DNA of 64,000 nucleotides from the NCBI GenBank assembly GCA_045630125.1, contig JAZQSL010000002.1, positions 160,914 through 224,913 of the forward strand, in the 5' to 3' direction. This DNA is from Alloprevotella sp. (lineage in GTDB: Bacteria > Bacteroidota > Bacteroidia > Bacteroidales > Bacteroidaceae). The notes beneath the pieces were generated by a model that was not told the origin of the DNA, ran no database searches, and worked only from the letters and a program-made list of their open reading frames with translations. Of the stretch, positions 41,266-50,403 are shown piece by piece. The position numbers were made by a program, and so were the translations under genes. The stretch's first letter is position 1; each line of letters starts with the position of its first letter.

Positions 41266-42588
41266 CTACACTTCTAGTCGTGTGCCCTCTGGGGCATAGA
41301 CCAATAGTATTAAATGTTCGGGACGGAAGGTGTCGAGCGCAGCTTGATGCAGTTCTTCGGCGGTCAGTGCATTAATGGTTTTGGCCAGTTCGTCCAAATC
41401 ACGATGAGAGGCATAGCGAGAGTAGGCACGTCCCAATGCCACGGCATACCCCTCGTGAGCATCGCGGGAGATTCCGATCTGTCCGATGAATTGGCGCTTG
41501 GCTGCATTGAGTTGTCGTTCGGTCATGGGTTCGCGGAGCAAACGTACCAATTCACGATAGACCAACTTGAGGCATTTGCGCACGTCCGAAGCGTCGCAAC
41601 CAAAATAGGTGGTCCATTCGCCGACGTCGGGGTAGGTGGAGTAGGTGGATTCGACGGTGTATACAAGGCCGGCCTTCTCGCGCAGTTGCATATTCAAGCG
41701 TGCATTCATGCCCGGTCCGCCCAGTATATTGTTGAGTAGCATCAAGGCAAAGCGGCCCGGATGGCGTCCGCCGTAGGCTTTGGTGCCCAGCACAACATGT
41801 GCTTGGTGGGTGGCGCGGTCTACGAGACGTCGCGTCGCGGGTTGGAAGTGTAAGAAATCGATAGGAGATCCTTTGTCAGAAGATGGGTTTTCTATTTCCT
41901 CTGTCACCTGATTTTCTCCCATTTCATCGCCAAATTTGACATTGCCTGTACAGTCCTCTTCGGCTACATCGAACAAACGACACAAAGTCTTGATTACGGT
42001 CTTGAAGGAGACTTGCCCATAGACATAAAATACAGTATTCTCGGGTTTGTAGTAGCGTTGTGCAAAGTCAAGCGCATCTGCAGTGGTATATGTACGTAGA
42101 CGTTCGGCAGACCCCAATATATCTCTGCCCAAAGGTTCGCCCAGGAATAAATTTTCCTCGAATTCATCGAAGATTATCTCGCTCGGTGAGTCCTGATAAC
42201 TATCGATTTCATCGCAGATAACTTCGACTTCGCGTGTAATCTCTTGTTGTGGATAGGTGCTGTGAAATACGATGTCCGTCAGTAGGTCTGCTGCACGGCG
42301 GAAGTCTTGGCGCAGCACTGTGGCGCAGTATACCGTCTCCTGTTTGTTGGTGAAGGCATTCAGTTCGCCACCTACGCACTCTAGACCGTTTGAGATTTGC
42401 CATGAGCGTCTCTTCTTTGTTCCTTTGAACGTCATGTGCTCGATAAAGTGTGCCATGCCAGATTCATGGGGCAACTCGTGGCGAGTACCTGCAGCAATGA
42501 CATAGCCACAATAGAGCACCTCCGACGTGGAAGGTTCGTGGATGATGCGCAGGCCGTTGGGCAATGTATATATAGAGTGTGCTTTCAT
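41266..42588 (-). CDS. M16 family zinc peptidase
   Basis: GMAHFIEHMTFKGT (HxxEH) motif, LNAFT and LREKAGLVY. Confidence 0.92.
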   Translation of the reverse strand: MKAHSIYTLPNGLRIIHEPSTSEVLYCGYVIAAGTRHELPHESGMAHFIEHMTFKGTKKRRSWQISNGLECVGGELNAFTNKQETVYCATVLRQDFRRAADLLTDIVFHSTYPQQEITREVEVICDEIDSYQDSPSEIIFDEFEENLFLGEPLGRDILGSAERLRTYTTADALDFAQRYYKPENTVFYVYGQVSFKTVIKTLCRLFDVAEEDCTGNVKFGDEMGENQVTEEIENPSSDKGSPIDFLHFQPATRRLVDRATHQAHVVLGTKAYGGRHPGRFALMLLNNILGGPGMNARLNMQLREKAGLVYTVESTYSTYPDVGEWTTYFGCDASDVRKCLKLVYRELVRLLREPMTERQLNAAKRQFIGQIGISRDAHEGYAVALGRAYSRYASHRDLDELAKTINALTAEELHQAALDTFRPEHLILLVYAPEGTRLEV

Positions 42589-42632
42589 TGTCAAGGTGTT
42601 TGCAAGAGATATTACACGGTTTGGTCTTCTAC

Positions 42633-44102
42633 TCAGTGAGTCTTTCTAAATCTGTCAAGAAAATGCTCGTGGTACAAAATGTGAGCAGCAAAGAGCAATA
42701 AGCAAACGGTATTTATCGCCAACTTAACACCTATACCCCACGACTCGGGCTGCTGTGTCATCACGGTGTAGAACAATGCGGTCATTGCGACGTATACCGC
42801 GATAGACTTCAAGGGATAATTGATGGGATAGTAGCGTTGGCCAACAAAGTAACTGAGCAGCATCGCCGTACCATAACCTGCTACACCAGCCCAAGCACAG
42901 GCAATATAGCCAAACTGAGGTACAAAGATGACATTGACAACTATCAGTACGGCGCAACCTATTCCCGAGAACCAGGCACCCCAGATGGTTTTGTCAATGA
43001 GCTTGTACCAGAAGGATAGGTTGAAGTAAATGCCCATCATGATTTCTGCTGCCATCACAATAGGTACTACGCGCAGGCCAGGCCAATATCCCGGTGCAAT
43101 GATGTGCTTCAAAATATCAAGATATGCTATTACTGCAAGAAATGCCAGTAGGTTGAGGATGATGAAATACTTCATCGCTTTGGCATAGGTGTCGCGATTA
43201 TCTTTGTCCTTGTGCTTCCCAAATACGAAAGGCTCATAGGCGTAACGAAAGGCTTGGGTAATCATCGCCATAATCATAGCAATTTTTACGCAGGCACCAT
43301 ATATGCCCAATTGAGCGTGGGGAGTGACACCATCCACCGTTTCTGAAATGTGAGGATATAAGATCTTGTCGGCAGTTTGGTTAAGAATCCCTGCAATACC
43401 TAAGATTAAGATTGGCCAGGCGTAGGTCCACATTTGACGAAACAAAGCCTTGTCAAAAGTCCATTTGAACCCTGTGAGTTCTTTCCAGAATAGGAATGTG
43501 ATGCTGCTTGTGCAAAGCAAATTGATAGCAAAGATATAGAAGACATCACTGCCATCCAATGCAAGGAAGTAGATGAGATTGAGCGTGATATTAAGGGTGA
43601 TAAAAAGCAACTTGAGCGCAGCAAATTTCAGCGGTCTGCGCTTGTAGCGCAAGTAAGCGAATGGGATGCATTGGAAGGCATCCAGTGCGACGCATACTAC
43701 CATCATGGCGATATATTCAGGATGTTGGGCATATCCCATAGCTACAGAAATCGGTTGAAGCCCCAGCATTATCGCAATGACAAAGAGCAAACCGACACTA
43801 CCTACTGCTATGAGTGTCGTAGAGTAGACACGCTCGGGTTGATCTTCTCCCTTGTTGACAAAACGAAAGAAAGCTGTCTCCATACCAAAGGTGAGTAGCA
43901 CTAGGAGTAGAGCTACATAACTATAAACTTCGGTCACTACGCCGTAGCCACCGTTTTCTACTGCCAACTTTGCTGTATATAGTGGCACCAATAGGTAGTT
44001 CAGGAAACGTCCTACGACACTGCTCATGCCGTAGATTACAGTATCTTTCATCAATGCGCCGAGGCCGCCGCCCGAGAGTTTGTTTTTTTGCTTTGAAGCC
44101 AT
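42633..44102 (-). CDS. MATE/Wzx-like polysaccharide biosynthesis flippase
   Basis: DTVIYGMSSVVGRFLNYLLVPLYT and GMETAFFRF motifs; many TMs. Confidence 0.85.
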   Translation of the reverse strand: MASKQKNKLSGGGLGALMKDTVIYGMSSVVGRFLNYLLVPLYTAKLAVENGGYGVVTEVYSYVALLLVLLTFGMETAFFRFVNKGEDQPERVYSTTLIAVGSVGLLFVIAIMLGLQPISVAMGYAQHPEYIAMMVVCVALDAFQCIPFAYLRYKRRPLKFAALKLLFITLNITLNLIYFLALDGSDVFYIFAINLLCTSSITFLFWKELTGFKWTFDKALFRQMWTYAWPILILGIAGILNQTADKILYPHISETVDGVTPHAQLGIYGACVKIAMIMAMITQAFRYAYEPFVFGKHKDKDNRDTYAKAMKYFIILNLLAFLAVIAYLDILKHIIAPGYWPGLRVVPIVMAAEIMMGIYFNLSFWYKLIDKTIWGAWFSGIGCAVLIVVNVIFVPQFGYIACAWAGVAGYGTAMLLSYFVGQRYYPINYPLKSIAVYVAMTALFYTVMTQQPESWGIGVKLAINTVCLLLFAAHILYHEHFLDRFRKTH

Positions 44103-44161
44103 ATCTGTATAGATTGATGTCTTGTTGTAATTGAAAATCTAAGTTTATCGCAAGTTGTTTT

Positions 44162-45394
44162 CTACGTAAAGAATAAATAGCATACCCCTATGGCTGCGAT
44201 GATACCTGCTAAATCGGCCAAAAGCCCACAGGTAACAGCATGGCGCGTATGGCGAATGCCGACAGAACCAAAGTAAACAGCTAAGATATAAAACGTAGTG
44301 TCTGTGGACCCTTGGAAAATACAACTTAATCTACCTACGAATGAATCTGCACCATACGTTGTCATCGCATCAACCATCATACCGCGTGCACCGCTACCGC
44401 TAAGTGGTTTCATCAGTGCCGTTGGCATAGCCCCTGCCCATTCTGCATCACATCCGGTCAAGCCTATCAGCCAGCGTAGTCCGTCGATGAGCCAATCCAT
44501 AGCACCCGATGCGCGGAACACACCAATGCCGACAAGCATGGCAACGAGATAGGGGATGATGCGAATGGCTGTGTCAAATCCTCCCTTGGCTCCTTCGACG
44601 AAGGCTTCGTAGACATTGACTTTCTTGCGAATCCCTGCTAAGAGGAAAGCCATGATGATAAGGAAGAGTAGGATATTTGCAATATTGGTGCTGAGTATTT
44701 CTACTTCGGCGCTACTGAGTTGATGAAATCCCCAGGCCATTGCAGCCAGGAACACTGAGATACCCCCCAAAGCAAGGAGGATGGTGCGATTAAGCAAGTT
44801 GATGCGCTGATAGAGCGACGTTACGATGATTCCGACCAAGGTCGAAACGAAAGTGGCTAAAAGGATAGGTAAAAAGACGTCTGTAGGTTGTGCGGCATTT
44901 TGCTGTGCACGGTACACCAAAATGCTGACCGGTATCAGCGTCAGTCCACTCGTGTTGAGTACCAAAAACATGATCATCGAGTTTGATGCAGTGTCTTTCT
45001 TAGGGTTGAGTTCTTGTAGCCCCTCCATCGCTTTTAGACCGAGCGGTGTTGCTGCGTTGTCCAGACCAAGCATGTTGGCAGACAAATTCATAAAAATGTT
45101 GCCTACGACAGGGTGGTTCTTGGGGATTTCAGGGAAGAGTTTTGCAAACAGAGGTCCCAGTAAGCGTGCAAGGAAGTTTACCACGCCCCCCTTTTCTCCG
45201 ATCTTCATTACACCCAACCAAAGCGACAATACACCAGTCAAACCCAAGGAAATCTCGAATGCTGTCTTTGCGGTCGAAAAGGTAGAATCCATAATTGCAG
45301 GAAAGACGCCAGTGTCTCCCAAGAAAATCAATTTGATCAATGCTATGACAAATGCGATAACAAAGAATGCAATCCAAATATAATTTAATACCAT
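44162..45394 (-). CDS. Fused SpmA/SpmB nucleoside-recognition (Gate) membrane protein
   Basis: ANMLGLDNAATPLGLKAM, KPLSGSGA and GSTDTTFYILAVYFGSVG motifs. Confidence 0.9.
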   Translation of the reverse strand: MVLNYIWIAFFVIAFVIALIKLIFLGDTGVFPAIMDSTFSTAKTAFEISLGLTGVLSLWLGVMKIGEKGGVVNFLARLLGPLFAKLFPEIPKNHPVVGNIFMNLSANMLGLDNAATPLGLKAMEGLQELNPKKDTASNSMIMFLVLNTSGLTLIPVSILVYRAQQNAAQPTDVFLPILLATFVSTLVGIIVTSLYQRINLLNRTILLALGGISVFLAAMAWGFHQLSSAEVEILSTNIANILLFLIIMAFLLAGIRKKVNVYEAFVEGAKGGFDTAIRIIPYLVAMLVGIGVFRASGAMDWLIDGLRWLIGLTGCDAEWAGAMPTALMKPLSGSGARGMMVDAMTTYGADSFVGRLSCIFQGSTDTTFYILAVYFGSVGIRHTRHAVTCGLLADLAGIIAAIGVCYLFFT

Positions 45395-45749
45395 GTTTTA
45401 CGAATAGTTGTTGTGGTTCTTAGCCAGTTCCTCTAAAAATTCAAAACTTCTCGCAAAGTTAAAGAAATTCGTTGAGTTGTACAATAAATAGCCTATTTCT
45501 TTGTTTTGAGGATATAGCGATAAAACTATGGGCTTGTCATGTGGGAACGTATGTCTGCTATAAGTTAAAAAAGGACTTGTTGCCATGCTAATAACGTTTC
45601 TTGGTAGGATAGAGTTCAAAATGTCGTACAAAATAAGTAATTTTTTACTGTGTGCACATTTAATTTCTGCTTGATATGGCTTTTTCAAAAAACATTGATT
45701 ACTTTTGTGCGACTTGATGAATTATAATAAAAACAAACAATATAAATAT

Positions 45750-47042
45750 ATGAAACCAGCAAGTGGAAAATTGGGTGTACTTTGCGTCGGTTTGGGCGCA
45801 GTCACCACTACTTTTATCACCGGAGTCCTGATGGCACGCAAAGGTTTGGCTAAGCCTGTGGGTTCGATGACTCAATATGATAAAATCAGAGTAGGTCGAG
45901 GCGAAAATAAGCAATACCTGCACTATGGCGAGATAGTTCCGCTGACAGAACTAAAGGATATGGTGTTTGGCGCATGGGATGTATTTCCTGCGAATGCTTT
46001 TGAAAGCGCTGTCAATGCTGACGTTCTTCGTGCGAAGGATATTCTACCTGTCGAGGATGAGTTGAAAGCCATTGTGCCGATGAAGGCTGCTTTTGACAAG
46101 AACTATGCTAAGCGTCTGGATGGCGATAATGTGAAAGATTGTGCTACGCGTTGGGAAATGGTGGAAGCATTGCGTGAAGATATTCGCAAGTTTAAGGCAG
46201 AGAACGACTGCGAACGCATCGTCGTGCTTTGGGCTGCTTCGACCGAGATTTATGTTCCTGTCTGCGACGAAGTACATGGCACACTCGCAGCGCTTGAAAC
46301 TGCGATGAAGGCAGACGATCGTGAACACATCGCCCCCTCTATGTGCTATGCTTATGCAGCTTTGGCGGAAGGAGCTCCTTTCATTATGGGTGCGCCCAAC
46401 ACCACGGTGGATATTCCCGCCATGTGGGAAATGGCAGAAAAGGTTAAAATGCCAATTGCTGGTAAGGATTTCAAGACGGGACAAACCCTTGTGAAATCAG
46501 GATTTGCACCTATCATCGGCACCCGTTGTCTGGGATTGTCGGGATGGTTCTCTACAAATATTCTTGGCAACCGCGACGGATTGGTGCTTGACGAACCAGC
46601 AAATTTCCATACCAAAGAAGTGTCAAAGCTTTCGACTTTGGAAAGTATCCTTGTTCCCGAAAATCAGCCCGACCTCTATACCGACTACTATCATAAGGTG
46701 CGTATCAACTACTATCCACCTCGCAACGACGACAAGGAAGGTTGGGACAACATAGACATTTTCGGTTGGATGGGCTACCCTATGCAAATCAAGATCAACT
46801 TCCTTTGTCGCGACTCCATCCTGGCTGCTCCACTCTGCCTCGACCTTGTGTTGCTTTCCGACTTAGCAGCGCGTGCTGGTAAGTATGGCAATCAGCATTT
46901 CCTGAGCTTCTATTTGAAGAGCCCAATGCATGATTACACCAAGGGTGAAGTTCCCGTAAACCACCTCTTCCAACAATACACCATGCTCAAGAATGCTATC
47001 CGCGAGATGGGAGGTTACGAGGCGGACGAAGAGTTGGATTGA
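45750..47042 (+). CDS. ino1: myo-inositol-1-phosphate synthase
   Basis: GLGAV, GKDFKTGQTLVKS, NILGNRDG and RDSILAAPL motifs; likely start is the ATG at 45750 after TACTTTTG at 45700-45707. Confidence 0.94.
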   Translation: MKPASGKLGVLCVGLGAVTTTFITGVLMARKGLAKPVGSMTQYDKIRVGRGENKQYLHYGEIVPLTELKDMVFGAWDVFPANAFESAVNADVLRAKDILPVEDELKAIVPMKAAFDKNYAKRLDGDNVKDCATRWEMVEALREDIRKFKAENDCERIVVLWAASTEIYVPVCDEVHGTLAALETAMKADDREHIAPSMCYAYAALAEGAPFIMGAPNTTVDIPAMWEMAEKVKMPIAGKDFKTGQTLVKSGFAPIIGTRCLGLSGWFSTNILGNRDGLVLDEPANFHTKEVSKLSTLESILVPENQPDLYTDYYHKVRINYYPPRNDDKEGWDNIDIFGWMGYPMQIKINFLCRDSILAAPLCLDLVLLSDLAARAGKYGNQHFLSFYLKSPMHDYTKGEVPVNHLFQQYTMLKNAIREMGGYEADEELD

Positions 47043-47107
47043 TCCTCCTCGTTACCGCTTGGGGCATTTAAGTTTTGTCAATATCTAAGCGTTATAAGAA
47101 ATCTTTT

Positions 47108-47155
47108 GCGAAGCACTCTGTTGATTGCAACAGGGTGCTTCGCCTTATTTTTTTT
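47108..47155 (+). terminator. Intrinsic terminator after ino1
   Basis: gcgaagcactctgttg...caacagggtgcttcgc followed by a T-run. Confidence 0.88.
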
Positions 47156-47253
47156 ATGCCATTATGCCTTTGTCCCACATCTCCTTTTGTGGCGTTTTTA
47201 GTTTGTTTATAGTACGGATTAAGAGGTGTTTTTGAATCTGTCAGGAAGGTAGG

Positions 47254-47336
47254 AAAAAAGTCAAAGCCTTGTTTGAAAAAACCGTTCTGGAATTTGAAAA
47301 AGGTCTAAGTTTTTTTGAAAAAGGTCTAATGTTGTG
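47254..47336. repeat. 21-bp-module array, copy 7 (A-degenerate B-A-A)
   Basis: Cores gtcaaagcc / aaaaaaccgttctggaatttg / ggtctaag / ggtctaatg at about a 21-bp period. Confidence 0.8.
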
Positions 47337-47371
47337 AAAATGGTCCTTTGCTTAGTGCCTTTTGAAAGATA

Positions 47372-47412
47372 AAGGGGAGGCAATCTCTAGTCGATAGAGT
47401 TTGCTTCCCCTT
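47372..47412. terminator. Hairpin, probable terminator of the ECF operon
   Basis: aaggggaggcaa...ttgcttcccctt. Confidence 0.6.
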
Positions 47413-47569
47413 GATATCAGGTCTTATCCCACTGGATAAGTGCTTTTGAGAGAACTGAAACCATTATGGCTTCGTAGGTGTTTTAATAAAGCGAGTTAAC
47501 CATTTTGACTCGTTGCTTTGCCGCGTTTCGGCTAGGCTTTATAGTATTTATATTCAGATTCTTCTATTT

Positions 47570-48040
47570 TTACTCGGCCAGGCATTTGATAAAATCTTTC
47601 GTCATCTGTCCAGTCAGGTCCGTGATACAAAAAGTGTCATCATTTAAGTAGATGTGCACCAGTTCTACGATGGTGTTGCCTTTTCTTCTTTGATAGATTT
47701 GGTACTTATCGCCATAGGCGTAGAGTGTAAATCTCTTTTTGTTGAGTGTCGCCAGATTTAGCGCATTTTTATAGTGGAGTGGCGCTGTGTCTTTGTCTAC
47801 GCTGCGGATCACTTGTAGTGTCTTTATTTGGCGTATGATATTTTTTGTATCATTATCATTCTTCACCATTTCGGTTTGCAACATTTCTGTCATCATTTCT
47901 GGACTGACCGTTTTGCAGGTTAGATTTGCATCTTCATGGGCATATAATGCCATAAACTGTGTAGCAAAATCTCGTTCCTGCTGTGCCGATGCATACAATG
48001 GCAGGCAGAGTAGCAATAAGGCAAATATCACTTTTCTCAT
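47570..48040 (-). CDS. DUF4252-like exported protein
   Basis: Signal peptide; VSPEMM, IVELV and ITDLTG segments; typical third gene of this ECF operon. Confidence 0.65.
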   Translation of the reverse strand: MRKVIFALLLLCLPLYASAQQERDFATQFMALYAHEDANLTCKTVSPEMMTEMLQTEMVKNDNDTKNIIRQIKTLQVIRSVDKDTAPLHYKNALNLATLNKKRFTLYAYGDKYQIYQRRKGNTIVELVHIYLNDDTFCITDLTGQMTKDFIKCLAE

Positions 48041-48070
48041 TTCGTCGTGTGGCGAATAGATGATGAGTCT

Positions 48071-48607
48071 TTATTTAATCTTGCGCATTGTGGAGTCTAC
48101 GACAACCAGGTTGGTGTCTCTCAGACTCTTGCTGATATTACCTAATTCCTTGAGACTAAACTCTAAGGCTTCGTCTACCTCTGTTGCACTGTAGGTATCT
48201 TTGTACGAGCTCTTGTTGTAATCCCAAGAGATCTTAGGTCCATTGTCTTGGAATAGACCCTGTGCAGCCGAACCAACGAGTACAACGATTGCGACTGAGG
48301 CTGCTGCGCGGAAGAAGGGGCGTAGGCGATAGAAAGTTGTTGCACGTTGAGCGCGGACAACCGTTTTTCCCGCTTTGGGTTCTTCGTTTTTCTCGCCCAC
48401 CAACTCCAGCATCTTTTTGTCAAAGTCTGCGCCAAGGGGTTCTATTTGTCCAGCCACTTCTTCGTATTCGAACAGCGACTTGTATTGCGCCAAGTGAGCA
48501 GGCACCTCCTCTTGTGTGAAGAAGGCGTGCAGGATGCTTTCCTCTGCAGCAGAGGTCTGGCATTCCCAGTAGCGCTCTAGTAGTTGTTCGATATATTTAT
48601 AATCCAT
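48071..48607 (-). CDS. Putative anti-sigma factor (single TM)
   Basis: IEQLLERYWECQTSAAEE..L..FF N-terminus; AAASVAIV TM segment; overlaps the sigma gene. Confidence 0.75.
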   Translation of the reverse strand: MDYKYIEQLLERYWECQTSAAEESILHAFFTQEEVPAHLAQYKSLFEYEEVAGQIEPLGADFDKKMLELVGEKNEEPKAGKTVVRAQRATTFYRLRPFFRAAASVAIVVLVGSAAQGLFQDNGPKISWDYNKSSYKDTYSATEVDEALEFSLKELGNISKSLRDTNLVVVDSTMRKIK

Positions 48608-49109
48608 GACTTTCTATTTTTTGATATTGTTGACGGAGCAATTGTCGTGCGCGGTGATGTGTCACCTTGACGTTCTCTTCTGTCATCTCGAGGATTTGCG
48701 CTGTCTCTCTCACGCTTTTCCCTTCGATGTCGCGAAGTTGCAGGATAGTTCGCAGTCGTTCGGGCAGTTGGTTGAATAGGCGGTGTACGTGCCTGAGTCG
48801 TTCGTCTCGTTCCAACCGTTCGTCGGGTAGTGGGCTAATATCGGCGGTCTCTATCGGATTTTCGTCGAGTGAGAGATGCTGTGCGTCGCGCTTTTCCCGT
48901 CTGTCGAGTGCCAAATTTCTGCAGATGGTCATGCAGTAGGCTTCGATAGAGTCGACTTTCCCAAGTTCTTCCCGCCGTTGCCAGGCTCTAATGAGCGTGT
49001 CCTGCGTCACGTCCTCTGCTTCCGCGCTATCGAGAGTGATACGCAGAGCCAACCTGAAGAGTTTGTTCTTCAAAGGCAAGAGGTCGTATCTGAAGTCGAT
49101 CTTTTTCAT
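48597..49109 (-). CDS. ECF RNA polymerase sigma factor
   Basis: AEDVTQD...AW region 2; LRDIEGKS..ETA...VKVTHHRAR region 4. Confidence 0.93.
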   Translation of the reverse strand: MKKIDFRYDLLPLKNKLFRLALRITLDSAEAEDVTQDTLIRAWQRREELGKVDSIEAYCMTICRNLALDRREKRDAQHLSLDENPIETADISPLPDERLERDERLRHVHRLFNQLPERLRTILQLRDIEGKSVRETAQILEMTEENVKVTHHRARQLLRQQYQKIESHGL

Positions 49110-49124
49110 TGCTCTCTATAGTTA

Positions 49125-49151
49125 AGACGGATAAGTGACGGAAAGGTTACA
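49125..49151 (-). promoter_or_regulatory. Putative ECF autoregulatory promoter TGTAAC-N16-CGTCT
   Basis: Minus strand reads tgtaac ctttccgtcacttatc cgtct, 15 bp upstream of the sigma ATG. Confidence 0.7.
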
Positions 49152-49243
49152 AAAAAAAGTGAGATTTTTTTTATTTTTTTCGGAAAAAGTGCTTTTTCTT
49201 CATTTTTTCAGCCTTTAAGACTTCGGGGTAAGGTGCCTTGGTG

Positions 49244-50314
49244 CTATTGGCAGTCGACTACCTTTTGGGTAGCAATGATGACGTGGCGCTCATTGTATAA
49301 TGTGGTAGCGAACCAGTAATCCTCGCCACCGTCGCGCAGTTTGAAACGTTTACGTAGTTCCGCCACTGTGCCTGGAAAATTGCGCACGGCCAGATTGGCT
49401 TGCTTTGTTGCGGCGAGCAGAGGACGAATCTCGCGCTTGCCGAACCCGCTGATGGTATGCACGCGAAAGACTCTACCTGGGAAATCCTCCACGAGGTGTT
49501 CTGCGGTGTAAAGGTGGCTGTTGGGGTGAAGTTTTTCCAGTCCAAAGCGCTCGCTCATCAGGCGAAATGCACCCGCTTTGAGTACTGCTGCACCCGGTTC
49601 GTAGAGAAAAGTTTTTACTTCGTCGGTATATTTCACGGCAGCCCTACTTTCAGCATTGGCATCAAAGGAAAAGTCGTAGCGGTCGTCGTGGCAGATAATT
49701 TTTGTTAGACCTTTATCACAGGGGTAAAGCAGGAGTAATTCTTTGCATTCGCCTCCGACAGCTACAATGTGTACTTCGGCAGCAGGCCCTAAGGATTGCA
49801 TGGCGCGAGTAATATCCAGCATAGGCGAGAGCTTGATCATGACGTGCTTTGCTTTTTCCAACAGACTTGGCATTAGTTCTACTGCGTTGGGGGTGCAATC
49901 TTCTACCAATAAGACTTTGCGTCCTACATCCGAACGGCGGGCTGGATCTAAATAGATCAAATCCTGAGGTGGTAGGGTGGGGAGAATTTCTTCGGCCACG
50001 CCGTTGATCACATCCACAGACTTGGTGCCGAGCAAGGGGAAATTGTGTCGTGCTATACGGCAGAGTTCTTCGCTTTGCTCCACGTAGGTGCCGTGCTCGA
50101 ATAGTTGTGACAGGGTAGAAAAGTCCACACCAAATCCACCTGTCAAGTCGGTCATTTTGTCGCCACCCTTGGGAAATAGCTGCAAGATGACTTGCTTTTT
50201 GTATAGTGCTGCCTTTTCGCTAGAACACTGCTCCATAGAAATCGATGGTGGAGCGAGTAGATCATCGATTTCAGCCCAGCGTGGTAATTTCTTGGCAAGA
50301 GGTGAATGCTTCAT
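49244..50314 (-). CDS. Class I SAM-dependent methyltransferase with THUMP-like domain
   Basis: SMEQCSS, DLTGGFGVD, YLDPARR, KLSPMLD and LYEPGAAVLKAG motifs. Confidence 0.85.
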   Translation of the reverse strand: MKHSPLAKKLPRWAEIDDLLAPPSISMEQCSSEKAALYKKQVILQLFPKGGDKMTDLTGGFGVDFSTLSQLFEHGTYVEQSEELCRIARHNFPLLGTKSVDVINGVAEEILPTLPPQDLIYLDPARRSDVGRKVLLVEDCTPNAVELMPSLLEKAKHVMIKLSPMLDITRAMQSLGPAAEVHIVAVGGECKELLLLYPCDKGLTKIICHDDRYDFSFDANAESRAAVKYTDEVKTFLYEPGAAVLKAGAFRLMSERFGLEKLHPNSHLYTAEHLVEDFPGRVFRVHTISGFGKREIRPLLAATKQANLAVRNFPGTVAELRKRFKLRDGGEDYWFATTLYNERHVIIATQKVVDCQ

Positions 50315-50403
50315 GTATTAAATATTGTATTATATAAAAACTGCTGTTGCACTACCATCTATTCGAACAAACGAGGTTAGATGTTGGTGCAACAGTTGCT
50401 TTT

